A stretch of DNA of 64,000 nt from positions 124,001 to 188,000 of the IMG/VR virus record IMGVR_UViG_3300031933_000215. One strand, 5' to 3'. Under the pieces are notes generated by a model. That model had not been told where the DNA came from, searched no databases, and worked only from the letters and a program-made list of their open reading frames with translations. Below are positions 10,001 to 22,121 of the stretch, in pieces (the stretch's first letter is position 1; every line of letters begins with the position of its first letter). The position numbers and the translations under genes were made by a program.

Positions 10001-10033
10001 AAACTGGGAGGAGGGAGGTTGCCCTCCCTCTCC
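10001..10033 (-). terminator. Probable terminator or processing hairpin after the large fibre gene
   Basis: GGAGGAGGGAGG...CCCTCCCTCTCC imperfect stem; TTTT follows on the minus strand. Confidence 0.5.
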
Positions 10034-10042
10034 ATTGGTGAA

Positions 10043-13000
10043 TTAAATGGCTTCCATCAACTTGCCAATCCAGATTGAACCCGTCCAGTACATGACCACC
10101 ACAGTGAAGTTGGTGCCCAAGGTTGGCGGTACTTCGTCCTTAAAGAACACATCCTGCGGCCAGGTAATGATGCCCTGGTCACCGGAGATGGTTACCACCA
10201 CGGTCATGGTCCGGTTGGCGCCCGGCTTGTTGGTGAAGGTCAACGTCTTGTCCCGGTCGGCGGCAATCGTGAAGGTTTGGGCCATGGACAGATCCATCGC
10301 CGTATCCACACTCTTGTTCGCCAGGGTGTACCGATCGAAACCAACCCACTTCTTGTTCCGGCGGAAGTACATTTGGTCATCCGCTGGGGCTTCGGTCAGC
10401 TCCATCGGTTTCCAGGCACCTTTTACCCGGTAGTGAGGTTGACTGGAATCCACGTCCGCCACATCCGGACGGTACACCGACCACGTGCCGTTCTTGCGCA
10501 TGTACGCTTCGCCGGTTTCCGGAGCGTCCGTGATCCCTTCGGTGAACGGCACCCACTTACCTTCGGACCGCACGTAACGACCGCCGGAGGTCGGCGCTTC
10601 TTCCACCGTACCACCGCCCATGCGACCGAGTTTCACCCAGAGCAGTTCGTCCGCTTTGAGGAAGTAGTCGTTGGTGATGGTGTTGATGGCGTAGTCGCCA
10701 CGACGGCCGTCCAGGGTCTCAGGATCGCGTTCAAAGGACAGCCATGCCGTACCCATCGGACCACGGTCACCTTTCGGGCCTGCGGGGCCCTCAGGGCCGG
10801 CTGGACCCTCGTAACCACGGGGACCTTGAACGATCCCCATGTCTTTCCAGGCTTGATCGACGTAAACGAACAGTTTGGGTCCCTTGCGGTAAATGTCGCC
10901 CGGCTCGTTGCCTTCCGTGGGCAGTTCTTCGGCCTCACCGAGTTCCCGTTGGAACTTCAGTCCAACACCGGTGTCGCCTTTCTCACCCTTGAGTGACAAC
11001 ACCCAGTCTTCGTAGGTGCCCACAAAGCCGTTGTCCAGCGCCAGCTCGTACGCACTCAGACCTGCTGGGCCACGCGGACCTTGCTTCCCTTCAAACTGAC
11101 CGAGGTCAATCCAGGTGACACCGTCGTAGGTGTAGACACGCCCTTCGATGATGTACGCATCCCCAACCCGGTGTTGACGTTCCGGGATGTCCGAGATACT
11201 GGGCAAGCTGCTCAGGATGTGGACGGAGATGCCCATGGGTCCTTGAATGCCCTGTTCACCTTGCACACCCTGCTCGCCCTGCGGACCTTGGATGCCACGC
11301 GGGCCCATCGGTCCTTGCGGTCCCTGGGGACCCCTATCCCCTTGCTCACCTTTCGGTCCTTGGATGAAACCAACATCCGACCACTGGTAGCCATCCCAGG
11401 CCCAGAAGCTCTGGCCAATGATGTACGCATCACCTGGAGCATTGCCACTGGTGGGGAGATCCGCCGTGCTATCAAGGCTACCCAGTACCGAAATGGAAGC
11501 AGCGGTATCGCCCTTCTCGCCTTTCTGACCTTCAGCCCCTACCGGGCCTTCGGGTCCTTGCGGACCTTGTTCGCCTTGAGGGCCTGTATTTCCCTGTGGG
11601 CCGGTCGGTCCGGTCGGACCTTGATCGCCTTTAATGCCTTGGGGACCTTGCAGGAAACCAACGTCTTCCCATTCGGTGCTGTTCCAGACGTAGAAACGAT
11701 CGCCCACAATGTACGCATCGCCCTGGGTTTGTGTGCCGTCAATGGGGAGGTCCCCCACGGTCGGCTGAGAACCCAGCACCGTAATGCTGGCAGCCGTAGC
11801 GCCTTGCAGACCGCGCTCACCCTGTGGGCCTTGAGCACCATCCACACCATCGACGCCATCCACACCGTCACGACCAGCAGGACCGGCCGGGCCAGTAGGA
11901 CCACGGAAGGGGCCGTAGTTGACCCATCGAGCGCCGTCCCAACCCCACATGTCGCCAGTGATGATGTAAAAATCCCCACGGGTGGCGTCCAGAGGAAGTT
12001 CGTCCGGACGTCCTTTCTCACCCAAAACCACCAGGTTTCGCCCGTCCTCACCAGGATCACCTTGGTCCCCTTTGTCACCCTTCGGACCTTGAGGGCCTTC
12101 CGGGCCAGTCCACTGACCAACGTTGATGAACGTCTCACCGTCGTGAATCCAGGCTTCCCCATCGATGGTGTAGAAATCCCCTTTCTTGGGGTCGGTGATC
12201 TGATTGAACAAGTAGTCGGTATCGACCGCCACACCACGCGGGGTGGGAATCGGACCCGGGGGTCCAGGAGGTCCTTGGACCGGACCGACGTCTTGCCATT
12301 CTCTACCATCCCATGCCCAGACGTTGCCGTCATCACCGTCGACAATGTACGCGTCACCCAACGATGGGCTGCTTTTCGCGCTCAGTGCGGCAATGGTGGA
12401 AACCCGACCCAGTACGTAGATGGACATGCCCATCGGTCCTTGGGGACCGTCGGGGCCTTGAACACCTTCGATCCCTTGGGGACCATCACGTCCTTGTGGA
12501 CCTTCTCGTCCCTCAGGGCCTTGCGGACCTTGCAAACCACGGGGACCTTCAACACCGCGAGGTCCCTGCAAGAAGCCTACGTTGGTCCATTGGACACCGT
12601 CCCATACGTGGAACTCTTCTTCGATGATGTACGCGTCACCGGGTTCGTTGCCTTCGGTGCTCAGGAAACTAACCGCCGGGACCGAACCCTTCACTTTGAT
12701 CGACGCGCCTGGAGAACCGGTAAAGCCGCGAGGACCTGGAGCACCCATCGCACCAGTACGACCTGTCCGTCCATTACGACCATAGCGTCCATTACGGCCG
12801 TTACGACCATTACGGCCGTTACGACCACGCTGACCGTCGGCACCGCGCGGGCCCCGTTCACCAGTCAGACCTTGGTCACCGGTATCACCTTTGTCCCCTT
12901 TCTCACCTTTTACTTCGCCGACGTTTTTCCACGCGCCCTCGGACTTGACGTAGAGTTCACGCTTGACAAAGAACGCATCGCCGTCGACGTGTTCGGTAAC

Positions 13001-14629
13001 GCTAGGCAGTTGGAGGACGTCTTCGTACGCACCTTTGACCTTAATACCGGTTCCAGTGTCGCCTTTGTCGCCCTTATCGCCTTTGTCACCCTTATCGCCC
13101 TTGTCCCCTTTGGGACCTTCAAAGCGACCCACATCAACCCATTCATTGTTCATGAAGATGTACAGGTGATCTTGCACCACGTATGCGGTGTACGGCGCTA
13201 CGTCGGTGGGCAGTGGTTGCGCTTGCGGGTCAACGATGTAACCGGAGATCTCCAGACTGCGACCCATGGGACCCTGTGGACCCATGGGACCTTCCGGACC
13301 CCGCATTTTCTCGTTCCATTCCTCCACCGAGGTCACCAGACCCAGTTCAATGGCGGTTTCGTAGGAGTTCTTACCCTTCAGCGATTCGAGCCACGCTTCT
13401 TCGTTTTCAATCTCGTTACCGAAATCGAATTCTTTGGCGATCTCGTAAGCGCTCTTACCTTGCAGAGAGGCAATCCAGGCTTCCTCGTCCCCATCGAACA
13501 GGTAGTTGTTGATGGCAACCTCGTAGGCACTCAGCCCTTCCGGACCTTGTTCTCCGGGAATACCGCGTGGGCCTTGCAGGCCTTGCTCGCCCTGTGGACC
13601 GACGATCTCACCCAGGTCTTCAAACCGGTCACCGGTGAACACCCAAAGGTTTTTCTGGATGAAGTACGCATCACCCGGCTCGTTGTTACCTTGTGGGAGG
13701 TCCCCGTAAGAAACCACCTTCCCCAAAACTTTGATGGCGTTGGCGGGCTCGCCCTTATCGCCCCGCAGACCACGAGGGCCCTGCGGGCCTTCCGGACCCA
13801 CCAGTGAGGCCAGGTAGTCCTCTTCAGTGCCCACAAAGCCATTTTCAACGGCCATCTCGTAAACGCTTTTACCTTGCAGCGATACGAGGTAGTCTTCCAT
13901 CGTCCAGTCGCTGGGGATGAGTTCGAACTCCCGAGCCAGTTGGTAAGCGCTCTGACCTTTGAGTCCTTCAAGGTACTGATTGATTGTTGTACCTTCTTCG
14001 ATTTGACCGGTCAATTTGGCCAAGTCGTAGGCACTCTTACCCGCAGGGCCGACTTGACCGACCTCGGCCCATTTCACGGTATCCCAAACATACATCTTCC
14101 GATCGATGATGTACGCATGGCCACGTACGGGCTCAACAAAGTCCAGCATTTCCAGGCTCGGCAACGATCCCCGGATGTTGATACCGATGCCGTCAGACCC
14201 TTTCAGGCTTTCTTTCCATTCGTCGTACGTGCCGGTAAAACCGTCTCGGGTTACCGCCAGCTCATAGGCGTTCTTGCCACTTTCGCCTCGGAATGAACCC
14301 AGGTTTTCCCACCGTTCACCAATCAGCGTGTAGTAGTGAGTGTCAATGACGTACGTGTCACCTGTGGCGTGTTCCCAGGCTTCCGGGAGGTTGTCCGGTG
14401 TCGACAGTGTTCCGACAATCACGATGCCGCTGTCAATGAGCTGGTCAACGCCTTCAATACTACCGCCGCTACCGGACTTGATGACGGACCCACCGGGGGT
14501 TTGACCGTCGTGAATACGCAGCTGTTTGAGCTCCGTATCAATGGTCACTTCCCCATCGTAACCAACGTAGCCGTCGTTATCGGCCGTTGTACCACGAGGG
14601 AAACGGTACCTTCTTTCTTGCTGTTGCAT
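10043..14629 (-). CDS. Large collagen-like tail fibre/whisker protein (1528 aa)
   Basis: Many Gly-X-Y tracts interrupted by GxSAYE.A...GF.GT..EW..SL and GDAYII....W.WDG..W.DVG modules; N-terminal RGTT..N....G..GEVTIDT......IHDG.TPGG anchor domain. Confidence 0.8.
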   Translation of the reverse strand: MQQQERRYRFPRGTTADNDGYVGYDGEVTIDTELKQLRIHDGQTPGGSVIKSGSGGSIEGVDQLIDSGIVIVGTLSTPDNLPEAWEHATGDTYVIDTHYYTLIGERWENLGSFRGESGKNAYELAVTRDGFTGTYDEWKESLKGSDGIGINIRGSLPSLEMLDFVEPVRGHAYIIDRKMYVWDTVKWAEVGQVGPAGKSAYDLAKLTGQIEEGTTINQYLEGLKGQSAYQLAREFELIPSDWTMEDYLVSLQGKSVYEMAVENGFVGTEEDYLASLVGPEGPQGPRGLRGDKGEPANAIKVLGKVVSYGDLPQGNNEPGDAYFIQKNLWVFTGDRFEDLGEIVGPQGEQGLQGPRGIPGEQGPEGLSAYEVAINNYLFDGDEEAWIASLQGKSAYEIAKEFDFGNEIENEEAWLESLKGKNSYETAIELGLVTSVEEWNEKMRGPEGPMGPQGPMGRSLEISGYIVDPQAQPLPTDVAPYTAYVVQDHLYIFMNNEWVDVGRFEGPKGDKGDKGDKGDKGDKGDTGTGIKVKGAYEDVLQLPSVTEHVDGDAFFVKRELYVKSEGAWKNVGEVKGEKGDKGDTGDQGLTGERGPRGADGQRGRNGRNGRNGRNGRYGRNGRTGRTGAMGAPGPRGFTGSPGASIKVKGSVPAVSFLSTEGNEPGDAYIIEEEFHVWDGVQWTNVGFLQGPRGVEGPRGLQGPQGPEGREGPQGRDGPQGIEGVQGPDGPQGPMGMSIYVLGRVSTIAALSAKSSPSLGDAYIVDGDDGNVWAWDGREWQDVGPVQGPPGPPGPIPTPRGVAVDTDYLFNQITDPKKGDFYTIDGEAWIHDGETFINVGQWTGPEGPQGPKGDKGDQGDPGEDGRNLVVLGEKGRPDELPLDATRGDFYIITGDMWGWDGARWVNYGPFRGPTGPAGPAGRDGVDGVDGVDGAQGPQGERGLQGATAASITVLGSQPTVGDLPIDGTQTQGDAYIVGDRFYVWNSTEWEDVGFLQGPQGIKGDQGPTGPTGPQGNTGPQGEQGPQGPEGPVGAEGQKGEKGDTAASISVLGSLDSTADLPTSGNAPGDAYIIGQSFWAWDGYQWSDVGFIQGPKGEQGDRGPQGPQGPMGPRGIQGPQGEQGVQGEQGIQGPMGISVHILSSLPSISDIPERQHRVGDAYIIEGRVYTYDGVTWIDLGQFEGKQGPRGPAGLSAYELALDNGFVGTYEDWVLSLKGEKGDTGVGLKFQRELGEAEELPTEGNEPGDIYRKGPKLFVYVDQAWKDMGIVQGPRGYEGPAGPEGPAGPKGDRGPMGTAWLSFERDPETLDGRRGDYAINTITNDYFLKADELLWVKLGRMGGGTVEEAPTSGGRYVRSEGKWVPFTEGITDAPETGEAYMRKNGTWSVYRPDVADVDSSQPHYRVKGAWKPMELTEAPADDQMYFRRNKKWVGFDRYTLANKSVDTAMDLSMAQTFTIAADRDKTLTFTNKPGANRTMTVVVTISGDQGIITWPQDVFFKDEVPPTLGTNFTVVVMYWTGSIWIGKLMEAI

Positions 14630-14645
14630 GAGTCAGACTCCTGTG

Positions 14646-15146
14646 TTACTGACCTAGTTTACCGCCGTCCACGACGCCAAGCCATACTCGACCACCGCCG
14701 GTCTCGCCATTACCACCACCGGAGTCGGTTCCACCGAACATTTTGTCGTGGTTCTCCATGGTGATCACCGCCGCGATTCGTGCCACGTTGGCGTCCACCA
14801 CGGTCGCGTCCCAGTGCGGTGTGACGTTACCGCTACGTGGAGTCATGATACCCCCACGGTGGACTGACCCCAATCCTGGAGACACCGATTCAGTGGTTTC
14901 GTCTTCCAACATGGACAGGGCCAGTTCAAATTTGTTGGCTCCGGCATCGAGTACTGTCACGGCTTCCACCACCCAGACGTTACCGCCCGGTTCGATTACC
15001 AAGTCGCCCACTTGCGCCGGGTTATCGGTGGCGTTTTGTTTACCGGGGTATTTAACGGTAACTTCAATGCCTTCCCATTGCTGGGTCTCGCTGTTGAACG
15101 ATTGCTTCCCGTTAAAAGAAGCAATCTCTACACCCGCATTGATCAT
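14646..15146 (-). CDS. Hypothetical virion-associated protein
   Basis: GAGGGGA RBS; co-oriented in fibre operon. Confidence 0.55.
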   Translation of the reverse strand: MINAGVEIASFNGKQSFNSETQQWEGIEVTVKYPGKQNATDNPAQVGDLVIEPGGNVWVVEAVTVLDAGANKFELALSMLEDETTESVSPGLGSVHRGGIMTPRSGNVTPHWDATVVDANVARIAAVITMENHDKMFGGTDSGGGNGETGGGRVWLGVVDGGKLGQ

Positions 15147-15162
15147 GAGTCATCCCCTCGGG

Positions 15163-15846
15163 TTAAAACTGGATGGAAATGTCGAACTCTTCAAAGCTGG
15201 ACACGTTGGTGATGATGACCGTGTTCGCATCCACAATCTGGATGTTCCGAGTGTTGGTCGGGATCATCCCGGTCATGGGGTCAGACTCACGGATGAACCC
15301 AAACCACCCTTTCGGGAATTTGTTCTGTCCGTGGTTGATCTGAAGGGAACTGTCGGAGTAGATCTTCTCCACAGTAACACCGTCCGGGAGGTTAAACTGA
15401 CCGGCACTCCAACTCACTGCCTGAACCGTCACAAAGTTACTACCAGCTTCCCCTTTCTCACCTTTCGGGCCCTGTGGACCTTCCGGACCGGCCGGGCCAG
15501 TTGGGCCTTCCGGACCAGCTGGACCTACGTCCCCTTTGGGGCCCAGGGGACCAATCGGACCCTGCTCGCCCACATCGCCCTTGGGCCCACGCGGACCTTC
15601 CACGCCCTGCGGACCACGAGGACCGACGGGGCCTTCGGGTCCACGCAGACTGATGAGCCATTCTTCCAGTGTCCCTTCAAACCCATTCGCCACCGCGATG
15701 TCGTACGCGGAGTCGCCCTCGTTCCCTTTTACGGACAGTTTGCCGATGGGGAATTTCTTATTCCGACCGTTCTGAACAACTTCCAACAACTCCTCACCCG
15801 AGAGCGGGAGTTCAATGGGGTCCATTTCGGAAATACGCTTAGCCAT
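15163..15846 (-). CDS. Short collagen-like fibre protein
   Basis: KRISEM start, [14 protein letters not shown] module, continuous Gly-X-Y run. Confidence 0.75.
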   Translation of the reverse strand: MAKRISEMDPIELPLSGEELLEVVQNGRNKKFPIGKLSVKGNEGDSAYDIAVANGFEGTLEEWLISLRGPEGPVGPRGPQGVEGPRGPKGDVGEQGPIGPLGPKGDVGPAGPEGPTGPAGPEGPQGPKGEKGEAGSNFVTVQAVSWSAGQFNLPDGVTVEKIYSDSSLQINHGQNKFPKGWFGFIRESDPMTGMIPTNTRNIQIVDANTVIITNVSSFEEFDISIQF

Positions 15847-15973
15847 GGTATTTCTCCATTGTCAAACAAAATAAACCCAGAGCTAACGTAGGAGGCGATT
15901 GATTTGCCCATCCCACGTTAGCTCCAAGTATTTAAACGTCAGGTGTGTCCCGTTACCGAGACACGACTACCTG

Positions 15974-16969
15974 TTAAACCTGAGGGGAGTACAGGTACTG
16001 AACACGTACAGATTCGGTGTCCCACTGACCAGCGCTGTCGGCGTTCACAGTGAAGACCTTCGGATCGGCGGTTGCAACAACCGGCGCGTCCCAGGCCACA
16101 CCGTTGGCGTCAGTGTAACGCACAGTGGCAAAGTTCATGATGCCGTTGACACCACCACGTGGTTGATGGGTCAGAGTGATGTCGTCACCTGCGATAACAA
16201 CGGTTTCCATGAACGGAATCGCACCGCCAGCACGGGCAGCGGAATCAGCGTACGCTTTAACCGCAGCAACGGACGGAACCGCGTCGGTGGCATTGTTGCC
16301 AGCCAGGTCCTGGATCAGGTTGGCCTTGAAGACCGCGTCGTCCAGATCCACCGCACCAGTTACGCTGATGAAGTCAACCTTGGCCTTGGCAGCGTCAGTG
16401 AACGCGTTGGTGTCGTCGTTGGACTCGTACGCTGTCTTGAGACTGGCTGCTGTGAGGGAGTTCTCCAGCATGTCCTGGTCGGACAGCTTGACCCACTCAG
16501 TCACCGCACCGGTGCCTTCGTCGATGGTCATCGGCTGGTACAGGGCCCACTTGCCATCGCCGTCGTCGGCTACCAGAACGCGGTCAACGTTTTCCAGACC
16601 GGTCAGAGCGTCACGGCCGGCAACGTCGGCAACGTTGTAGCTGCGACCGAAGTTCAGCTGCGCGTCGGAGATCGCAGTGCTGACCTCGTCGCTGGACATC
16701 ACTTCCAGGTTGGTACGGGCAGCGGCTTTGTCGGCAACGCTGGCCAGGTTGTCGGCTTTGGTCAGGGCGTCAGAAGACACCTGATCAGCCGCACCCTTCA
16801 CTTCGTTGATCGCACCAACCAGGCTGGTTTTCTCAGCGGTGCTCAGGGTAGAGAGGTCACCGTCAGCGTTGGCACGTGCCGTGGCTTCGTCGGAGATGGC
16901 CTGGTTGATCTGGCCCAGGTCGTCCACAAGACCGTAAATCGTGGACTTATTACGCTTGATAATAGCCAT
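15974..16969 (-). CDS. Putative virion/fibre protein
   Basis: AGGAG RBS; L.T..K.SLVGAINE and K.DNLA.VADKAAARTNL fibre-type repeats. Confidence 0.65.
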   Translation of the reverse strand: MAIIKRNKSTIYGLVDDLGQINQAISDEATARANADGDLSTLSTAEKTSLVGAINEVKGAADQVSSDALTKADNLASVADKAAARTNLEVMSSDEVSTAISDAQLNFGRSYNVADVAGRDALTGLENVDRVLVADDGDGKWALYQPMTIDEGTGAVTEWVKLSDQDMLENSLTAASLKTAYESNDDTNAFTDAAKAKVDFISVTGAVDLDDAVFKANLIQDLAGNNATDAVPSVAAVKAYADSAARAGGAIPFMETVVIAGDDITLTHQPRGGVNGIMNFATVRYTDANGVAWDAPVVATADPKVFTVNADSAGQWDTESVRVQYLYSPQV

Positions 16970-17000
16970 GCTATTGCTCCTGAAATTTCAGAGATGTTGA

Positions 17001-17714
17001 TTAAGAACCGGTTAAGTAGGACACGGTGATGGCACCGACCATGCCGTTCAATTCGGCCATGTCTGCTGCCGGGATCACTGCATACCATGTGGACGTTTCA
17101 GCGTCAAGTTGGGGCTTCACCCCCGACAATTCAACCACCGAACCGTCCATCAGATACGCCAGTCCCATGTCCAATACGAAATCCCCCATGGGGGGTGAGG
17201 GTAATGGTGCTCGGCCATCGGGTGCCACGGGCAGCCATTGTGCGGTCCGTAAGACCGCGTTTCCACTCCCTCCACCGTCGGACCGTGGTGCGTCCAACTG
17301 TTTCAGGTTTTGGTTCAGGATGTAGAAACTGAACGCATCGGTCATGTCCTGAACATCAGGGGACACCACCGGTAACAGACCCAAATGCTCACTGGGTCGG
17401 GAAACAACGCCTTCAGCACCAATCAGGTAATCCAGTTGCGGGTTGGCAATGTTGTTGTCGTTGGTGTCCATGTAGGAGATCGACAACTCAATCTCCCCGG
17501 TCCAACTGACGTTCATCACTTCATTGATAACGTACTTGGTGTACGTCCCGGGCTCCAATATGCCGGTGTTCAGTACAATGACATCGCCGCTTAACAGGTC
17601 CCGGGGACGGAAGAACCCTTCCCCGTCCCGGAAACCAATCTGAACCACCCACGCCTCACCATCCGGGATTGCACTCTTCAGGTCAATGGTGGCCTGAAAA
17701 TGTAGTTTCGACAT
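17001..17714 (-). CDS. Hypothetical virion-associated protein
   Basis: Start set at ATG 17714 (MSKLHF) behind AAGGA RBS. Confidence 0.55.
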   Translation of the reverse strand: MSKLHFQATIDLKSAIPDGEAWVVQIGFRDGEGFFRPRDLLSGDVIVLNTGILEPGTYTKYVINEVMNVSWTGEIELSISYMDTNDNNIANPQLDYLIGAEGVVSRPSEHLGLLPVVSPDVQDMTDAFSFYILNQNLKQLDAPRSDGGGSGNAVLRTAQWLPVAPDGRAPLPSPPMGDFVLDMGLAYLMDGSVVELSGVKPQLDAETSTWYAVIPAADMAELNGMVGAITVSYLTGS

Positions 17715-17777
17715 TTGACAATCCTTTTTATGTTGGGGTAGCGCCACAATGGAGCACTACCCCAATGGCGCTGGTGT

Positions 17778-19808
17778 TTACGACAGCATGTACTTCCAGT
17801 GATAGCCGTAGTTGGAGTTAACGTTGGCTTTACCGACGTTAACGTACCCATCCACCACTTCGTAGTTCTGGTAAGTAGTAGGCTGCAGTGTCGGTGGGTT
17901 AGAACGCGAGAACTGCTGGAATGTCGGAATCACCATGTCGCCCATGAACGTATCGCCCCAGTTATCCGGGAACTGAAGGTTAAACGAGCTACCAGTGTTC
18001 CATCCTGCATCATAAAATATAGTCACAGAATGCAGGTGCAGGCCAGCGGCCTTGTTGTCCAACCGAACGATGCTGCCGTTGTTCAGTTCTTCGATGGTCA
18101 GTGCGTCCATGTCGGTCTGAGAACCGAAACCAACCACAATGACGATGGCTTCCAACGTGCCGCGCATCAACTTAGCCCGTTTGCGAACCAGGTTCACAGA
18201 CCCACCGGTAGAACCACCACCGCCCGGGATGTCAATGGTCACTGCACCACCAGCTTCGGTGACGTTAACGCCTTCGCCGGTGAAGTTAAACGAAGCGGCG
18301 GCGTCTGTTACGGCGGTACCGTCTTCTTTAACCGCGACCGAACCGCCCGTGCCGGAACTGCCCTGCAGGGAATCCAGCCATTCCTGTTCGGTACCGGTGA
18401 AGCCATTAGCCACCGCCACTTCGTATGCCGAATCACCCTCAGGACCAGTCGGACCGGCAGGGCCTACGGGGCCTTGAGGACCTTCCGGGCCAGCCGGACC
18501 TTGAGGACCGTCGTTACCCTGAGGACCTGCGGGACCTTCGGGACCCTGAGTACCCTGGGGGCCTTCCGGACCGGCGGGACCGGCTGGCCCCATGGGACCT
18601 TGCTCACCGGTGTCACCTTTCGGCCCTTGGAGTGAACCACTATTGAACCAAGCAGAGCCGTCCCAGATCCACAGGTCAGTACCAACAACATAACCTTGAC
18701 CAGGATTCACGCCCGACATCGGCAATTCGGTGTCGCTGGCCAGTGTACCCAAGATCTGGATTGGATCACCCATCTCACCCTGGATGCCTTGGGGACCTTC
18801 AGGGCCCTGTGGGCCTTCCGGACCAGTCGGACCTGCAGGACCGGCCGGGCCGGTATCACCAACGTCACCCTTGTCACCCTTCGGACCTTGAGGCCCAGCG
18901 GGACCTGCGGGACCAATAGGACCTTCGGCACCGTCAGCGCCTTGAGGACCGGTGGGGCCCTGTGGACCCTGCGGACCTTCCGGCCCACGAATCGGACCGA
19001 GGTCTTCATACGCGTCACCGGTCCATCCCCAGAAGTTACCACCTACCAGATAGCCTTCGCCAAGGGTACCGGTTGAAGGCAGTTCGGCCGTGCTGGTCAG
19101 TGTACCAACCACGCTAATGCCCGGACCCATCTCACCTTGAATACCCTGTTCACCCTGAGGACCCTCAGGACCCATGGGGCCTTGGTCACCCTTGGGACCC
19201 TGTGGGCCGGTCGGGCCTGCAGGACCCTCGGGACCAGGGTCGCCCTTCGCGCCTTTGTCACCTTTCAGTGACGTCAGCCACTCGCTTTCAGTGCCAGTAA
19301 AACCAGCGGCCATGGCCGCTTCAAACGCAGATTGACCAGCGTCGCCTTGTGGGCCTTCCGGACCCATGGGACCCTGTTCACCGGGTGAACCTTGAGGGCC
19401 TTGAGGGCCTTCGGCACCATCCGCGCCCTTAGGACCCACAGGACCTTCGGGGCCCTGGTCGCCTTTCGGGCCTTGAATGCCCTGAGGACCGGCTTCGCCT
19501 TGAGGACCGACCAACGAGTCCATCCATTCTTGAACCGTTCCCTGGAAACCAGAGTCCTGTGCCATTTCATAAGCACTCTTACCCTGGGGTCCTTTGAGCG
19601 ACTGAATCCACTGTTCAAACGTGCCCTGGAAACCATCTTCCACGGCGAGATCGAACGCGGACTTACCTTCTTTCCCTTTCAGGTTAGCAACCGCCAGACG
19701 ACGGTTCACGTAATTACCCGACGCGTCCTTCTGGATCACCTCGACGTAATCGTCAGCTTTGATCTGACCGGCAACGTTCAGGTCAGAAATCTTCTTTGGT
19801 GTAGACAT
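17778..19808 (-). CDS. Collagen-like tail fibre protein (676 aa)
   Basis: KKISDL start, long Gly-X-Y tracts, same spacer modules as 10043-14629, distinct C-terminal domain. Confidence 0.8.
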   Translation of the reverse strand: MSTPKKISDLNVAGQIKADDYVEVIQKDASGNYVNRRLAVANLKGKEGKSAFDLAVEDGFQGTFEQWIQSLKGPQGKSAYEMAQDSGFQGTVQEWMDSLVGPQGEAGPQGIQGPKGDQGPEGPVGPKGADGAEGPQGPQGSPGEQGPMGPEGPQGDAGQSAFEAAMAAGFTGTESEWLTSLKGDKGAKGDPGPEGPAGPTGPQGPKGDQGPMGPEGPQGEQGIQGEMGPGISVVGTLTSTAELPSTGTLGEGYLVGGNFWGWTGDAYEDLGPIRGPEGPQGPQGPTGPQGADGAEGPIGPAGPAGPQGPKGDKGDVGDTGPAGPAGPTGPEGPQGPEGPQGIQGEMGDPIQILGTLASDTELPMSGVNPGQGYVVGTDLWIWDGSAWFNSGSLQGPKGDTGEQGPMGPAGPAGPEGPQGTQGPEGPAGPQGNDGPQGPAGPEGPQGPVGPAGPTGPEGDSAYEVAVANGFTGTEQEWLDSLQGSSGTGGSVAVKEDGTAVTDAAASFNFTGEGVNVTEAGGAVTIDIPGGGGSTGGSVNLVRKRAKLMRGTLEAIVIVVGFGSQTDMDALTIEELNNGSIVRLDNKAAGLHLHSVTIFYDAGWNTGSSFNLQFPDNWGDTFMGDMVIPTFQQFSRSNPPTLQPTTYQNYEVVDGYVNVGKANVNSNYGYHWKYMLS

Positions 19809-19825
19809 AACACTTTCCTTACTGG

Positions 19826-20680
19826 TTAGCTAAGGGCAATGTCTTCGGCGTAGCGGTCGTACGCTTTGGCCATCTTGACATCGTATTGGTTCTTGGCATA
19901 GGCTGGGCCATTGTAGCCACGGGCAAACCGCGCCCAGTCCCGTTCACGCAATGCCGTCCATAGGTTACTGTCGGCCTTGATGAAGCGGATGAACGCCTGT
20001 AAGTGGAAACGCTCGTGATCGTACATCCCCGCCACGAACTCATGAACACTCTCGTAACCGAGGCGCTCCCAGTGGTAGCCCATGATCTGGAATGCCCCCC
20101 AAGAGGCGGATTCCAACGCAGACTCCACGTGAATGAGCTTGGCGCGTCCCAGACGACCGTGTTCGGCGATACCACCTTTATACCCACCGGTGGTGCGGGC
20201 TACCAGCGATGGCATCTCACGGTGGTATAGACGGGCGTCAATGCCATGCTCGCCCAAGCGGCGATACATGATGTGGCGTTCAAACAAAATGGCGGGTTGT
20301 CCATTGGAGAAAAAGCCACTGCCGCGTGATTCAACGCTGTTTACGGCCATCACCGACGCCACGGGAACGCCCAGTTCCTTGGCAGCTGCCTCCAGGTCCT
20401 TCTGGGTGAGGACACGACGCACAACAACTGGAACACCATCCATGACAGCGTAGGTCTTAGGACCAGCAATGCCATCCGCCACCAGGCCGTGTTTCTTCTG
20501 GAACGCCATCACCGCATCGCGGGTTTTCTTACCGTAAATCCCGTCAGGATACAGGTCAGCGCCCAGAGTGTTCAACTGGGCTTGGAGAGCCTTAACTGCA
20601 GGCCCGTGATCCCCACGCTGGAGGACCTCATCGTAATCTGGATCGAAGTTTTGATCGATCAGGTCTTTGTAAATGGTCAT
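19826..20680 (-). CDS. Modular endolysin: peptidoglycan-binding domain plus N-acetylmuramidase (DUF3380-type)
   Basis: LQRGD.G..VK.LQ..L...DGIYG..T..AV..FQ..HGL.ADGIAGP.T; [35 protein letters not shown]. Confidence 0.9.
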   Translation of the reverse strand: MTIYKDLIDQNFDPDYDEVLQRGDHGPAVKALQAQLNTLGADLYPDGIYGKKTRDAVMAFQKKHGLVADGIAGPKTYAVMDGVPVVVRRVLTQKDLEAAAKELGVPVASVMAVNSVESRGSGFFSNGQPAILFERHIMYRRLGEHGIDARLYHREMPSLVARTTGGYKGGIAEHGRLGRAKLIHVESALESASWGAFQIMGYHWERLGYESVHEFVAGMYDHERFHLQAFIRFIKADSNLWTALRERDWARFARGYNGPAYAKNQYDVKMAKAYDRYAEDIALS

Positions 20681-20735
20681 GGAAAAACCAAACTCCCTGT
20701 TACTGCAAATGGTGGAGTATTGGGTTGGATTCGGA

Positions 20736-21113
20736 TTACCCAAAGTTTCTCAGTTTCTTGCCCAACTCCTTGAACGTACCATACACACTGGTTGCCGCAC
20801 CCATCAAAACCCGTTGCCAGGTTGGGATGTTACAATGCAGCAGAGTCTGGCGGAAGACAGCGTTGGAGTGTTTCCAACTGTAGCCTTTTACCAGCAGGTA
20901 GTCGTGTGCCATGGCGGCTGGGAAATACCGTCCCACCGGTGGGAAAGCCCACCGCAGGAAAATAGGCACGGTGGCCCCATCAGTCACAAACCCAGCGGGG
21001 ATGGTTACATCGCCCACGGTGATTTTACGAATCACACGGTAACGTGCTTGACGGTACCAACGGGTCGGGAGCATGATGTCCACACGGTAATTGTCACGTG
21101 GTTCAATCTGCAT
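20736..21113 (-). CDS. DUF1353-like protein
   Basis: IPAGFVTDGATVP and AAMAHDYL motifs. Confidence 0.75.
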   Translation of the reverse strand: MQIEPRDNYRVDIMLPTRWYRQARYRVIRKITVGDVTIPAGFVTDGATVPIFLRWAFPPVGRYFPAAMAHDYLLVKGYSWKHSNAVFRQTLLHCNIPTWQRVLMGAATSVYGTFKELGKKLRNFG

Positions 21114-21128
21114 GGAATGTCCTACCTG

Positions 21129-21662
21129 TTACTTGACTTCCAGCAGACGGTAGTCGCCGGTTTCAACCAGACGTGAGGAACCATCTTCCAGAATGCGGAT
21201 GTTCATGGGACGGTCGGTGGATTCCACGTAAACCGGAACGGAACCGTACCAGACCAATGAGTCTTCTTTGGCCGCCATGGTGTAGTTGAGGGGTTGACCC
21301 GGCTCGCCCATCGGCTCGTCGTTCATCTCAACGTCGTCCAGACCCAGGTTCATGTCACGAACCCGGTTGATTTCCTCAACGATGCGACGGGATGTAACTG
21401 GCGAATCCAGCTTGATCGTAATGCCGCCTTTGAACGTGATGTTCAAATCCAAACGGCGGTAAACATAATGCCGTTCCAGATTCAGGTCGGTTTGCTCTAC
21501 CTTAACAAAGGTTCGACCAGGGTTGGTTTCGGTCGGCGACGCGAAAGGTGGGTCAAAATGAGTATATTCTTCCTTCAGGTTAAAGCGCGGGTGCGTCTCT
21601 TGAATGAGACGAATCATCGCCAACCTGGAAGGCAGGTTATAGGGAAAAACGTCAGTAGCCAT
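21129..21662 (-). CDS. Virion structural protein, distant member of the paralog family
   Basis: YRRLDL and SLVWYG motifs; C-terminal RILEDG..RL.E.G.YRLLE. Confidence 0.6.
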   Translation of the reverse strand: MATDVFPYNLPSRLAMIRLIQETHPRFNLKEEYTHFDPPFASPTETNPGRTFVKVEQTDLNLERHYVYRRLDLNITFKGGITIKLDSPVTSRRIVEEINRVRDMNLGLDDVEMNDEPMGEPGQPLNYTMAAKEDSLVWYGSVPVYVESTDRPMNIRILEDGSSRLVETGDYRLLEVK

Positions 21663-21737
21663 TTTAGTATCCTCGTTGTCAATAGATAATTACTGAGGTG
21701 ACAACCCATAGCATAATATTTTTTCGGGGAGTAACGG

Positions 21738-21776
21738 CATAAAGCCCACCATCCCTTACGGACAGTGGGCTTTATA
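21738..21776. terminator. Probable terminator
   Basis: ATAAAGCCCAC...GTGGGCTTTAT inverted repeat downstream of 21789-22121. Confidence 0.65.
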
Positions 21777-21788
21777 TTTCAGTGGTCA

Positions 21789-22121
21789 TCAACGGAACAG
21801 AGAGAAAACACTGTACCCGGTCAATTCGAGTAAGGTTAGTAACATAACCCCAACACCAATCAAACCGGAGAGTGTCAGCACCGCCGATCGGTACGTATCA
21901 CTGTTTCGTACGGACCCAACCGGCTTCTGCAAGATTTTCTCCTGCAGCTCAGTGTCGTTGATCTGGTAAATGTCAGCCAGTAGTTCCTGACCTGTGTGAT
22001 TCACCGTGTACGTTTTATCGGTGGGTACCAAGGCATTGAGCATGGCTCGGAGTACTTTGGAGTAATCACTTTTGTGTAACGGCTGATCACCCAGATCAAT
22101 CAAGGCTTCTTCGACGTTCAT
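21789..22121 (-). CDS. Small membrane protein (possible lysis accessory)
   Basis: Start MNVEEAL behind AGGAG; hydrophobic C-terminal segment; coupled to the spanin-like genes. Confidence 0.5.
   Translation of the reverse strand: MNVEEALIDLGDQPLHKSDYSKVLRAMLNALVPTDKTYTVNHTGQELLADIYQINDTELQEKILQKPVGSVRNSDTYRSAVLTLSGLIGVGVMLLTLLELTGYSVFSLFR

Noticed and set aside
12752-13112. CRISPR-like or satellite repeats
   Set aside because: 9-nt periodicity is coding collagen repeat with synonymous variation and no spacers
11081-13807. 908-aa plus-strand ORF and other long ORFs opposite the collagen genes
   Set aside because: Antisense shadows of repetitive Gly-X-Y codons; no RBS or protein-like motifs
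14460-14629. Diversity-generating retroelement suggested by an Mtd-like N-terminal anchor
   Set aside because: No reverse transcriptase or template/variable repeat pair seen in the window
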